A DNA stretch of 63,046 nt, counting the filler. It is 5 parts of 5 records of this genome, joined end to end, with 100 filler letters (N's around TTAATTAATTAA, not from the genome) between each part and the next. Parts side by side here need not be neighbours in the genome. Positions count along the whole stretch, not along the records: positions 33,172 to 48,530 come from SRR20825010_5084; 4 more parts are not named here. One strand, written 5' to 3'. The position numbers were made by a program, and so were the translations under genes. Below, one piece after another: positions 37,363 through 46,803 of this stretch (position 1 is its first letter; every line of letters begins with the position of its first letter). The notes under the pieces were generated by a model. It did no database searches and was not told the DNA's origin. It worked only from the letters and a program-made list of their open reading frames with translations.

Positions 37363-38073
37363 CTAGATGATGAAAATGTCATCATTTTCTATTGCAGGGA
37401 ATTGATTTAACTTTAAAAATACCTGCGCGAGCACAATTACGTCCTTTTTACAGTATTTAGCAATTCTCTCCAAATCGTTTTCTTCGTAATACACTCTATT
37501 TACTTGACTTCCATCAATGTCGTCTTTACTGGTGGGGATGTTTAAAATGGCGGCTAATAAATCCAGAGAAGTAAAGTGTTTATAGTCACCAAACTTCCAC
37601 ATTTCCATGGTATCTAAATGTGGTATTTCCCATGGCTTCTTACCAGACATTTGAAGGGTTTTAGGCACTTCAATGCCATTTATGATCATTCTTCTGGCGA
37701 TATAGGGAAAGTCGAACTCCTTGCCATTGTGCGCACATAGCTTCAGCTTTTTTTGATTGAACTTCTCCTCCACCAAGGCCTTAAACTCGGTTAAGAGCTC
37801 AATTTCATCATGGCTCGAAATGTCTTTTACCCGAAGCGAAAAGCCATTTTCTTCCTCCTTAAAATAACCTACCGCAATGGAAATAATTTTCCCGAATTCT
37901 GAATAAATCCCCGCCTGGCCATACAACTCCGCTGGCGACAGCTCATTTGGGTTTCGCAAGAAAGCAGCTTTTTTTGTCCATAATTTCTGCATTCTTTCGG
38001 GTAATTCATCAAAGCTTTTATGAGCTGCGGCTGTTTCTATGTCTAGAAACAAAAGGTCGGAAAACTGTTTCAT
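37363..38073 (-). CDS. PolB-related 3'-5' exonuclease
   Basis: FLDIET, AHNGKEFDFP, YCKKDV. Confidence 0.88.
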   Translation of the reverse strand: MKQFSDLLFLDIETAAAHKSFDELPERMQKLWTKKAAFLRNPNELSPAELYGQAGIYSEFGKIISIAVGYFKEEENGFSLRVKDISSHDEIELLTEFKALVEEKFNQKKLKLCAHNGKEFDFPYIARRMIINGIEVPKTLQMSGKKPWEIPHLDTMEMWKFGDYKHFTSLDLLAAILNIPTSKDDIDGSQVNRVYYEENDLERIAKYCKKDVIVLAQVFLKLNQFPAIENDDIFII

Positions 38074-38132
38074 CCTTTTAAGATAATAAGTATTCTAACA
38101 ATTATAATAATGGAGGTTTGATAAATAGACAC

Positions 38133-38161
38133 AAAAAAAGCAACTACCACCTGTAGTTGCT
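38133..38161 (-). terminator. Rho-independent terminator after fbaA
   Basis: Minus strand AGCAACTAC-AGGTG-GTAGTTGC-TTTTTTT. Confidence 0.8.
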
Positions 38162-38189
38162 CTCTTAACCTTAGTTTTTCAAATAAAGT

Positions 38190-39254
38190 TTAGTTTCTGT
38201 TCATACAGTTCAAATCGCTGAATGCTTCTTCTAATCTTTTCACAATGCTTTCCTCTCCTTTTCTCAACCAAACACGTGGGTCGTAGAATTTTTTGTTTGG
38301 AGAATCATCACCAGTTGGGTTACCAATTTGCCCTTGAAGGAAGTCCTTCTTGTCGTTGTAATAATTATGAACGCCATCCCAGAAAGCCCATTGAATATCA
38401 GTGTCAATGTTCATTTTAATTGAGCCATAAGAAGTAGCTTCTTTGATTTGAGCAGGCTCAGAACCTGAACCTCCGTGGAATACGAAAAATACCGGCTTGT
38501 CTTCAGTATTGAATTTAGCTTTAATATAATCCTGCGAATTTTTCAAGATCTCTGGTTTTAAAGAAACGTTTCCTGGCTTATATACACCGTGTACGTTTCC
38601 GAAAGAAGCAGCAATCGTAAAGATATCTCCTACTTGTCTTAAAGCATCCCAAGCTTGGGCTACTTCTTCTGGTTGAGTATATAATCTTGAAGCGTCCACA
38701 TCCGTGTTATCTACACCGTCTTCTTCGCCACCCGTAATTCCCAACTCTATTTCAATACCCATTTCAAGGGCATGCATTTTTTTATAATAATCAACACTGA
38801 TAGAAATGTTATCCTCAAGTGTTTCTTCAGAAAGGTCGAGCATGTGCGTGCTGTACAATGGCTGACCGTGTTGCTTGTAAAATTTTTCACCGGCCACTAA
38901 AAGTCCGTCAATCCAAGGTAAAAGTTTTTTTGCAGCGTGGTCGGTATGAAGAATTACCGGAACGCCATAATGTTCAGCCATTTGATGAACATGCATAGCG
39001 CCAGAAATAGCGCCTTGAATAGATGCGTTGTAGTCGTCATTTGCGAGTGACTTGCCAGCATAAAAAGCGGCACCGCTCACTGAAAACTGGATCATTACTG
39101 GTGAATTCACTTTGGCCGCAACCTCTAAAACTGCATTGACTGTGTTTGTACCAGTAACGTTTACTGCTGGTAACGCAAACTCATTCGCTTTGGCATAAGC
39201 TAAACAATCCTTAAGCTCTTGCCCATAAAGTACACCACTTCTGAATCTTGACAT
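38190..39254 (-). CDS. fbaA: Class II fructose-bisphosphate aldolase
   Basis: LHTDH, GGEEDG, FGNVHGVY, FHGGSGS, KMNIDTD. Confidence 0.96.
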   Translation of the reverse strand: MSRFRSGVLYGQELKDCLAYAKANEFALPAVNVTGTNTVNAVLEVAAKVNSPVMIQFSVSGAAFYAGKSLANDDYNASIQGAISGAMHVHQMAEHYGVPVILHTDHAAKKLLPWIDGLLVAGEKFYKQHGQPLYSTHMLDLSEETLEDNISISVDYYKKMHALEMGIEIELGITGGEEDGVDNTDVDASRLYTQPEEVAQAWDALRQVGDIFTIAASFGNVHGVYKPGNVSLKPEILKNSQDYIKAKFNTEDKPVFFVFHGGSGSEPAQIKEATSYGSIKMNIDTDIQWAFWDGVHNYYNDKKDFLQGQIGNPTGDDSPNKKFYDPRVWLRKGEESIVKRLEEAFSDLNCMNRN

Positions 39255-39444
39255 TTCTTTAATTTTATGCTGGTTAATTTTGGGCAAAGAAACGAAATAT
39301 ATCTATCTAAAGGAACTCAAAACCGAAGGAATAAAGGATTTGATCCCTAGCCAGTTATGGATTTGCATCATTTAATTATGAACGATCATGTAAAAGTGGC
39401 TTAACTGCTCCGATTTCTTTTTTAACTTCCGCCTCCAAATTTTT

Positions 39445-40914
39445 ATGACTATGAAAAAAACACTCTACATACTCTTTAGTACAGCGCTAGTCTTTACAGC
39501 CTGCTCACCAAAAGCCGATGACCAAGCCACGGTTTTCAAGAAAATCAATGAAGAAGTTTTAGCCAATTCTAAAGCCTATGAAACTCTAGGCGAAGCCACT
39601 TCGACCATTGGGCACAGACTTACCGGATCTGAAAATGGCGCACAAGCCGAGCAGTATACCTACGACCTGTTAAAAGGCTATGGCATGACGGACGTTCAGT
39701 TCCAACCTTTCGAAGTAGAATCATGGTCCAGAGGCGATATTGACGTGCAGATTGGTGCGAAAGGAAAATTAGAAGCTGTGCCAGCGGTTACTTTAGCACA
39801 CTCTCCTGTTTCGGCAGATATTACTGCAGAAATCGTAGACATGGGCAATGGTGTTGATGCTGATTACGAAGCCAGACCCGATGCTGTGATGGGAAAAATT
39901 GCTTTGGTATATATCGGTACTTTGCCTGATAGTCCAAAAGGAACTCCAGGCTTACACCGTTCTGAAAAAACTGCTTTGGCTACTAAGTATGGAGCTATTG
40001 GCATTATCATCATTAACCAAGTAGAGGGAGGCGTTTTACTTACAGGCACTGCTTCTGTAACCGGTAGCCTTATTCCAATTCCTGCGGTTTGTATTGGAAA
40101 AGAAGACGGCATGGCCTTGAAAGAAACTTTGGCTGCAAAAAGTCAATTCGCTGCAATTAAAATGACCAACCAATCGGGTTTAATTAAATCACGAAATGTG
40201 ATTGCTACCATTAAAGGCTCTGAATTTCCTGATGAGAAAATCATTGTGGGTGGCCACTTAGATTCTTGGGATTTATCAACTGGAGCAATTGACAATGGTA
40301 TTGGTTCATTCGCAGTATTGGACATGGCCAGAACTTTCCAAGCTTTGAGTTTGAAGCCAAAAAGAACCGTTCAGTTTGTAATGTTCATGGGTGAAGAAGA
40401 AGGTTTATTAGGTTCAAGATATATGGTAGACGAAGCCATTAAAAACGGAACTATTGACCAAATAAAATATGTAATGAACCAAGACATGTCGGGTAACCCG
40501 GCTGGCTTTGGCACAGGCGGAAGACCAGAAGCCGAAGCTTTCTTCAAAGCAATAGGCAAAGAAATCATGGCCATTGATTCTTCTACCTACACGAATGATG
40601 TAAGCACTGGCGCTGGTCTGCATAGCGATCATCAATCATTTATGTTACAAGGAATTCCTTACACTGCGCCAAGCTCAAGGTTAGACCGCGCGATTTATGG
40701 TTGTTATCATGCCGATTGTGATTCATTCGACTTGGTGAACAAAGAGCACATGGTGAACAATGTGCGATTTAGCTCTATGATGCTTTACGCTTTGGCCAAT
40801 GCCGAAACGCTTCCTGCCAAAAAACTAAACGATGCCGAAACCAAAGCTTTCTTAGAAGGTCACGACCTTAAGCTGAAGCTACAAATTGGTGGGGATTGGA
40901 GATGGGATAACTAA
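39445..40914 (+). CDS. M28-family metallopeptidase lipoprotein with PA domain
   Basis: FTAC lipobox, GGHLDSWD, AIDNG, GEEEGLLGS, SDH, YH. Confidence 0.9.
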   Translation: MTMKKTLYILFSTALVFTACSPKADDQATVFKKINEEVLANSKAYETLGEATSTIGHRLTGSENGAQAEQYTYDLLKGYGMTDVQFQPFEVESWSRGDIDVQIGAKGKLEAVPAVTLAHSPVSADITAEIVDMGNGVDADYEARPDAVMGKIALVYIGTLPDSPKGTPGLHRSEKTALATKYGAIGIIIINQVEGGVLLTGTASVTGSLIPIPAVCIGKEDGMALKETLAAKSQFAAIKMTNQSGLIKSRNVIATIKGSEFPDEKIIVGGHLDSWDLSTGAIDNGIGSFAVLDMARTFQALSLKPKRTVQFVMFMGEEEGLLGSRYMVDEAIKNGTIDQIKYVMNQDMSGNPAGFGTGGRPEAEAFFKAIGKEIMAIDSSTYTNDVSTGAGLHSDHQSFMLQGIPYTAPSSRLDRAIYGCYHADCDSFDLVNKEHMVNNVRFSSMMLYALANAETLPAKKLNDAETKAFLEGHDLKLKLQIGGDWRWDN

Positions 40915-40916
40915 AA

Positions 40917-41666
40917 TTGGACTATCAAATTATCTTGGTGTTACTGGCAGTCGGTTTAATAGCCGGCTGCTTGAATACCCTAGCTGGCGGAGGTTCTTTG
41001 CTTGCTTTGCCAGTGATGATATTTTTAGGTTTGCCTCCAAGCGTGGCCAACGCCACCAATAGAGTTGCCATAGTTTTACAAAATATATTTGCCGTTCTAG
41101 GCTTTAAAAGCAAAGGAGTTTCGGCCTACCCTTTTAACATATGGCTGGGTATTTCTGCTTTTTTCGGAGCAATTGTAGGTGCCTTCTTAGCGGTCGATAT
41201 CAACGAAAAAGTCTTTAATAAAATCTTAGCTTTCGTTATTGTAGCGATTGTAGTTTATATGGCTATCAATCCATTGAAGTACCTTAAAAAGAAAGGAGAA
41301 AATCAAACTAAGAAAGCTACTATCACCTCAATAATCGTTTTCTTTTTCATCGGTATTTATGGTGGCTTTATTCAAGCTGGTGTTGGCTACCTTATGATTA
41401 TGGCACTCACCTTGGTGAATGGCTTTAGCTTGGTGAAAACCAATAGTATTAAGGTTTTTGTGGCACTTACTTATACTTCGGTGGCTTTAGCCATCTTCAT
41501 TTACTACGACATCATCAACTGGGAATTCGGAATTCCGTTAGCCATTGGGCAAGCTGTTGGCGGCTGGTTTGCAAGCCGTTGGAGTGTAAAGCTAGGTGAT
41601 AAATGGATTCGCTATTTTGTGATGATTACCGCATCAGCTTTTGCCGTTAAGTTATTCTTCTTTTAG
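40917..41666 (+). CDS. TauE/SafE (TSUP) membrane protein
   Basis: AGGGSLL, ANATN, YGGFIQAGVG. Confidence 0.88.
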   Translation: MDYQIILVLLAVGLIAGCLNTLAGGGSLLALPVMIFLGLPPSVANATNRVAIVLQNIFAVLGFKSKGVSAYPFNIWLGISAFFGAIVGAFLAVDINEKVFNKILAFVIVAIVVYMAINPLKYLKKKGENQTKKATITSIIVFFFIGIYGGFIQAGVGYLMIMALTLVNGFSLVKTNSIKVFVALTYTSVALAIFIYYDIINWEFGIPLAIGQAVGGWFASRWSVKLGDKWIRYFVMITASAFAVKLFFF

Positions 41667-42131
41667 CTTTTTGGCGTAGTAAGCTTCTGCTTCTTCCAGT
41701 TTTGAAAGGTCATCTAAATCTTTATATCGCTTCGAGCGAGCTTTCTCATTTTTGAGGTCTTCCAGAGAAATTACCCTCACTTCGGTTTTCTCAATTATCC
41801 GGGTTTCGGCTTTTTCAAATGCTTCTTCAAAGCTTATTTCTTTACTGATATTGATCCTTGTAAGTAATTCCACTATATAGTCTCCATCAGAAAAGCTCAC
41901 AATATTGTTTTGCTTTAGCTCACTTTCCGCTTCTTCCGAAAAATCATAGCCCATTCTGTAGAAAGCATCACCAAGCCTAATTAAGCTGCTTTCATCATTT
42001 GATACCCATAAATCTAAATCTCCTGTCGTGCGATTGTAACCATGAAAGTTCACGGCAAACCCTCCAATGACCATGTAACGGACGCCACTCATGTTAAAAG
42101 CTCGGATTACATTTAGATAAAAATCATCCAT
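41652..42131 (-). CDS. Nucleotidyltransferase-fold protein (DUF6036-like)
   Basis: VIGGFAVNFHGYNRTTGDLDLW (GG + DxD), C-terminal K...R.KDLDD. Confidence 0.8.
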   Translation of the reverse strand: MDDFYLNVIRAFNMSGVRYMVIGGFAVNFHGYNRTTGDLDLWVSNDESSLIRLGDAFYRMGYDFSEEAESELKQNNIVSFSDGDYIVELLTRINISKEISFEEAFEKAETRIIEKTEVRVISLEDLKNEKARSKRYKDLDDLSKLEEAEAYYAKKLKEE

Positions 42132-42309
42132 TTCTTTTCTTCAATTGAAAACCTTTAGATTCCTTTTTGTTAGACTGAAGTTTGTTCATGATTTTGATTT
42201 GGTTCAACAACCAAAGAATGCGCTCTTCTGGAGTTCGGTTTAAAGACTGTTCCAACATAAACCGTTCGGATTCTTCGTGAGATTTAAAAATACGGATTGA
42301 TTTACCCAT
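42124..42309 (-). CDS. Small protein co-transcribed with the nucleotidyltransferase
   Basis: MGKSIRIFKSHEESE...TPEERI; 8-nt overlap with the downstream gene. Confidence 0.7.
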   Translation of the reverse strand: MGKSIRIFKSHEESERFMLEQSLNRTPEERILWLLNQIKIMNKLQSNKKESKGFQLKKRNG

Positions 42310-42364
42310 ACCTAAAGCTATCAAAAATGACTCCGATTTAAAACGCTTGTGCTATTTTAGATTC

Positions 42365-42943
42365 ATGGAAGAAGTTTTGCAGCAATTAGAAAAGAAAGTC
42401 CGAAGCCTTGTTCAACCCAACGACCAAGAATGGCAAGCCTTCACTCAAAAATGGAGACCCTTTTCCTTCGATAAAAGTCATCGAGTGACCGACCTGGGCG
42501 AGATTGAACCTTACTTTTATTTTATTTCAGAGGGTGTCATTCGTGGCTATTTTATAAAAAATGGAGAAGAATTTAACATCGGCTTTTCTTACCATGGCGA
42601 ATACAGTGGTGTTTACGACTCTTTCATGCTACAAAAGCCATCACAATATGCGCTTGAAACACTCACTGAAACTTCAGGAATACGAATTAAATATCATGAC
42701 TTAATGCCCCTATTCGATCAGTATAAAGTATTTGAGCGCTGGGGACGTCTTTTCAATCAAAGTATATTAGTAGGTTTTGGTATTTTCATTCAGTCCATAT
42801 TGGCTGATTCAGCCGAAGAACGCTTTAATCGTTTAATGCAGCAAAGTCCGCACATTTTTCAGCTTGTTCCGCAAAAGCACTTGGCTTCCTACTTGGGCAT
42901 GTCGGCAGAGACTTTTAGCCGAATGAGAAAAAAGACGATGTAA
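42365..42943 (+). CDS. Crp/Fnr-family regulator
   Basis: cNMP-binding-like domain; VPQKHLASYLGMSAETFSR HTH. Confidence 0.9.
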   Translation: MEEVLQQLEKKVRSLVQPNDQEWQAFTQKWRPFSFDKSHRVTDLGEIEPYFYFISEGVIRGYFIKNGEEFNIGFSYHGEYSGVYDSFMLQKPSQYALETLTETSGIRIKYHDLMPLFDQYKVFERWGRLFNQSILVGFGIFIQSILADSAEERFNRLMQQSPHIFQLVPQKHLASYLGMSAETFSRMRKKTM

Positions 42944-42950
42944 CTGTTTC

Positions 42951-42964
42951 TTGATTTAGATCAA
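42951..42964. promoter_or_regulatory. Fnr-type box TTGAT-TTAG-ATCAA
   Basis: Perfect TTGAT-N4-ATCAA between the crp gene and the dinB promoter. Confidence 0.75.
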
Positions 42965-42986
42965 GTTCGTTTCCATCGTTGGTATT

Positions 42987-42994
42987 TAGTTTTG
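42987..42994 (+). promoter_or_regulatory. Bacteroidota -7 promoter element TAGTTTTG
   Basis: Matches TAnnTTTG, 18 nt before the dinB ATG. Confidence 0.65.
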
Positions 42995-43012
42995 CACGAA
43001 ACTCAAAATACA

Positions 43013-43579
43013 ATGACAATAAGCACTCAGAAATACCTAGATGGGGTCATAAACGATCTTGAAGAAGCCATGACAAAAGTAGAGCAACTCACTGAGAATT
43101 TAGATGAGAAAACCTTAAATCAACCTGAAGCTGAAGGCAAATGGAGTATGTTACAATGCGTTGAGCACATTACTTTGGCCACAGCTATTTATGTAAAAAA
43201 CTTCAGTAAGAAGCTAAATGGTCAACAGCTTCCGGCAGCAGCAAACAATTACAAAGGTCATTGGAAAGGTCGAATGTTTGCCAAAATGAACGCTCCAAAA
43301 CCCGAGGGAGAAATTCCTATGAAGTTGAAAACCTTCAAATTTCTAGAGCCTAAAAGTCAACTCAATTCACAAGCCCTAATGGGTGAATTCAAACAGGTTC
43401 ATGTACAGATGATCGCCCTAGTAGAGAAAAGTCGCGCGGTAAACATTGACCGCGTAAAAGTATCTACCGCTTTAGGTTCAATGGTCAAACTGAGATTAGG
43501 GGAAGCCCTTCGTTTTATAATTGCCCATACGCAGCGACATTTGGTGCAATTGGAGCGAATAAAAAATGCAGTCCAATAG
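43013..43579 (+). CDS. DinB-family protein
   Basis: WSMLQCVEHI and HTQRHLVQ His triad. Confidence 0.88.
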   Translation: MTISTQKYLDGVINDLEEAMTKVEQLTENLDEKTLNQPEAEGKWSMLQCVEHITLATAIYVKNFSKKLNGQQLPAAANNYKGHWKGRMFAKMNAPKPEGEIPMKLKTFKFLEPKSQLNSQALMGEFKQVHVQMIALVEKSRAVNIDRVKVSTALGSMVKLRLGEALRFIIAHTQRHLVQLERIKNAVQ

Positions 43580-43628
43580 GATGGCGCAACTTAATATTTT
43601 TAACTTGAGCTTATCTTAAAGAAGAGAG

Positions 43629-44084
43629 ATGACTCGATTTTTGACTTTCATTTTAATTACTTCCCTTGTTTTTGGTTGTACACAGCCAGAGGAGAATAAT
43701 ATTGAGGAAGCACGATTGGCAATTTCCAATGCCGCTAAAGCCTTCTCACAGGCTTATATTGATGGTAATCTTGACGCCCAAATGGAGTTTTACACCAAGG
43801 ATGCCGTTATTCTTCCTGGAACGAGAAATATGGTAGAAGGAATAGAAAAAATCACCAATTACTGGGACATTCCAGAATCCATCAAAGTACTCAAACATAA
43901 GAGTACCCCGGTAAAGCTTGAAATTTCGGGTAGTACAGCTTCGGATTACGGATATTATGAAGGTGTCAGCGTTAATAATGGCGATACCGTCAATTTCCGT
44001 GGTCAATATGTGATTGTCTGGAAAAAGGGGGAAGACGGAAAATGGCGAATGGCTGTTGATATGTGGGCAGCATTAAATAACTAA
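43629..44084 (+). CDS. DUF4440/YybH NTF2-like lipoprotein
   Basis: VFGC lipobox, FYTKDAVILP, GQYVIVWKK..DGKWR. Confidence 0.85.
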   Translation: MTRFLTFILITSLVFGCTQPEENNIEEARLAISNAAKAFSQAYIDGNLDAQMEFYTKDAVILPGTRNMVEGIEKITNYWDIPESIKVLKHKSTPVKLEISGSTASDYGYYEGVSVNNGDTVNFRGQYVIVWKKGEDGKWRMAVDMWAALNN

Positions 44085-44100
44085 CCCGTAAGGACCCTGA

Positions 44101-44146
44101 AAACAGAAAGAGGCTTCTCGGTAAACTGAGAAGCCTCTTTCTGTTT
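44101..44146. terminator. Bidirectional terminator
   Basis: AAACAGAAAGAGGCTTCTC..GAGAAGCCTCTTTCTGTTT between convergent genes. Confidence 0.88.
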
Positions 44147-44160
44147 AAGTCTTAGCAAAA

Positions 44161-46560
44161 TCACTCATCCCTTAACCGTTCCGAAGGGTTTGAAACCGCA
44201 GCCTTGAAGGTTTGGAAACTTATGGTAACAAAAGCAATAGCTCCCGCTATAAATGCGGCTAATAGAAATGGTGAAGCACCCAACGTAGTTCGGTAAGCGT
44301 AACCGGCCAGCCAATCGTTCATAAAATACCATGCCGCAGGGAATGCCAAAACCATGGCCACAATAATAAGAACAACAAACTCTTTGGAAAGAATCCCCAC
44401 AATTTGCTGTACCGAAGCGCCAAGCACCTTTCTGATAGAAATTTCTTTACTACGTTGTGCCACCGTAAATGAAGCCAAACCAAACAGACCTAGGCAAGCC
44501 AGGAAAATAGCCAAGCCCGAGAACAAAGTAAACAATTGGCTCCGTTGGGTTTCTGTAGTATATAAGTTCTTGAAACGATCATCCAAAAAATTATAATTCA
44601 GTGGGGCGTTGGGTGAAAACTTTGCGTAAAGACCTTCCACCTGTTGGATAGAATTCTTAATGTTCGTGCCCTCAATTTTGATAGAAAGGTTACGCATTTG
44701 ATTTGGGCGATTGACCAAAATAATAGGCGAAATTTCGCTTTGCAACGACTCGAAATGAAAGTCTTTCACCACGCCTATTACTTTACCACGCACACCAGCG
44801 TAAATCATGTTTTGTCCAATGGCATCTTCAGCACTTTTCCAGCCGATTACCTCAACAGATTTCTCGTTTAAAACAAACGAAGCTGAATCTGTCGCAAAAT
44901 TCTTAGAGTAATTACGTCCGCTGGCCATTTCCATTTGGTAGGTTGGAATGAAATCAGGGTCAACAGACAAACTTTTAATTACGATAGAAGTCGGTAACAT
45001 TTCACCATTCACTTCGGCTTGCGCCCCTTGCGAATCAAGCAATTGCCCTGAGGGAACTCGACTTGAACCACCTGCCATTTTCACCCCCTGAATAGTCAGA
45101 AGTTCATTTTTAAAGGCTTCATATTGGTCGGCTACCTGCTGACTTACCCCCATAATCATCATCTGTTCACGGTCGTAACCCAGTTTCTTATTCTGAATAA
45201 AATCCAGCTGTTTAAACACCACAATAGTCGATACAATCAGAATCACGGAAATGGTAAACTGAACCACCACCAAGAACCTTCGCAAGGCTCCACTCTTTGC
45301 TCCACTCGTGAGTTTTCCCTTTAACACTTTTAAAGGTTGAAAAGAAGAAAGATAGAAAGCGGGATAACTACCAGAAAGCACACCCACCACAATAGCACTG
45401 ATTAGAATAATGGCCACAAGAGGGAGGTTTGTAAACAGATCGAACTCAAGTTGCAAACCGGTAAATGACCTGAAATAAGGCAGTATCAACGAGGTTGCTC
45501 CAACGGCCAAAACCAAGGCGAAGAACACGAGAACAATGGACTCGACTAAAAATTGGTTGATCAATTTGCCCTTTCCAGCACCGAAAACTTTGCGCATCCC
45601 CACTTCTTTGGCGCGAGTGGCCGAACGGGCCGTAGCCAAATTCATATAATTGATGCAAGCAATGGCCAAAATCAAGAAAGCAATAGAAGCAAAAATATAA
45701 ACATAGGTAATGTCACTGTTTTGCCCTTGTTCGTCATCCAAGCTTGAATGCAAATGAACATCAGTTAGTTTTTGAATGTGTAATGCTGTCCAGGTGGTGG
45801 CCTCTTCATCCACATGCGTATTGAGAAAATCACCCATCCTTCGTTCGATTTCTTCAATTCTACCTTCAGGTTTTAAGGTGAAGAAAGTGGAAAAATTATT
45901 ACTCCCCCAGTTACGCATCATGGCTTCTCGGCCTCCATAAAAGGCATACAAAGGAGTCATTTCTGCTAAAAAATCAATCTGATAGGAAGAGTTCTTCGGT
46001 AATTTTTTAAATACCCCTTTCACAATTAAATCAGCCTGGGAAAGGAAGTTGATGGACTTACCTACTGGTTCTTCATCCCCAAAATATTTGAAAGCCATTT
46101 CATCTGAAATCACTACCGAACCGGGTTGCGATAATGCCTCCACCAAGTCTCCTTCAATCACATCCAAGGTTAGAATTTCAGCTATTTCAGGATCTGCGAA
46201 GTAGAAATTATCCTCCTCATAAAGTCTATTATTGTATTTAACTGGCCCGCCAACGGACATCATTCTGCCAATCTTCTCTATTTCTCCAGAAAAATCTTCC
46301 CTGGCCAAAGGACCAAAAGGAGGCGCCACTCGCGACAAATGAAGGGAAGTGGAACCATCAGGACTTATGAATTCACGGGTAAAACGGTAAATATTATCTG
46401 AGTTAGCATGAAACTTATCATAACTGGTTTCTTCCGAAATGTAGAGCCCAATCAGCATACAGCAGGCGAGCCCGACAGATAAACCCAGAATATTAATGAT
46501 GGAGAAAGCTTTGTGTCGCTTTAAGCTACGCAAAGCAATTTTGAGATAACTTTTGAACAT
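44161..46560 (-). CDS. ABC transporter permease (MacB/FtsX-type duplicated)
   Basis: MFKSYLKIALR, ACINYMNL..RAKEVGMRK, RSKEISIRKVLGAS. Confidence 0.92.
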   Translation of the reverse strand: MFKSYLKIALRSLKRHKAFSIINILGLSVGLACCMLIGLYISEETSYDKFHANSDNIYRFTREFISPDGSTSLHLSRVAPPFGPLAREDFSGEIEKIGRMMSVGGPVKYNNRLYEEDNFYFADPEIAEILTLDVIEGDLVEALSQPGSVVISDEMAFKYFGDEEPVGKSINFLSQADLIVKGVFKKLPKNSSYQIDFLAEMTPLYAFYGGREAMMRNWGSNNFSTFFTLKPEGRIEEIERRMGDFLNTHVDEEATTWTALHIQKLTDVHLHSSLDDEQGQNSDITYVYIFASIAFLILAIACINYMNLATARSATRAKEVGMRKVFGAGKGKLINQFLVESIVLVFFALVLAVGATSLILPYFRSFTGLQLEFDLFTNLPLVAIILISAIVVGVLSGSYPAFYLSSFQPLKVLKGKLTSGAKSGALRRFLVVVQFTISVILIVSTIVVFKQLDFIQNKKLGYDREQMMIMGVSQQVADQYEAFKNELLTIQGVKMAGGSSRVPSGQLLDSQGAQAEVNGEMLPTSIVIKSLSVDPDFIPTYQMEMASGRNYSKNFATDSASFVLNEKSVEVIGWKSAEDAIGQNMIYAGVRGKVIGVVKDFHFESLQSEISPIILVNRPNQMRNLSIKIEGTNIKNSIQQVEGLYAKFSPNAPLNYNFLDDRFKNLYTTETQRSQLFTLFSGLAIFLACLGLFGLASFTVAQRSKEISIRKVLGASVQQIVGILSKEFVVLIIVAMVLAFPAAWYFMNDWLAGYAYRTTLGASPFLLAAFIAGAIAFVTISFQTFKAAVSNPSERLRDE

Positions 46561-46803
46561 GGTGTTGTTGTTTGAGGTTTGAATTCGGTTTTCTAATGCG
46601 TTAAATTGCCTTTTTCAGACCTTAGACAGGTTAACTAGCTAAAGATAAGAATTTTCGAAGAAGGTTGCATGGGATATGATTGGCAAAAGAGATTACTGGA
46701 AATGGATAAATCTAAAAAAATCAAACATATTGGATAAGGAAACTGTACGTCAAAATAGTAGCACATTTTCTCAACAATCCATCAAGCGTAGACCTCATTT
46801 TGT

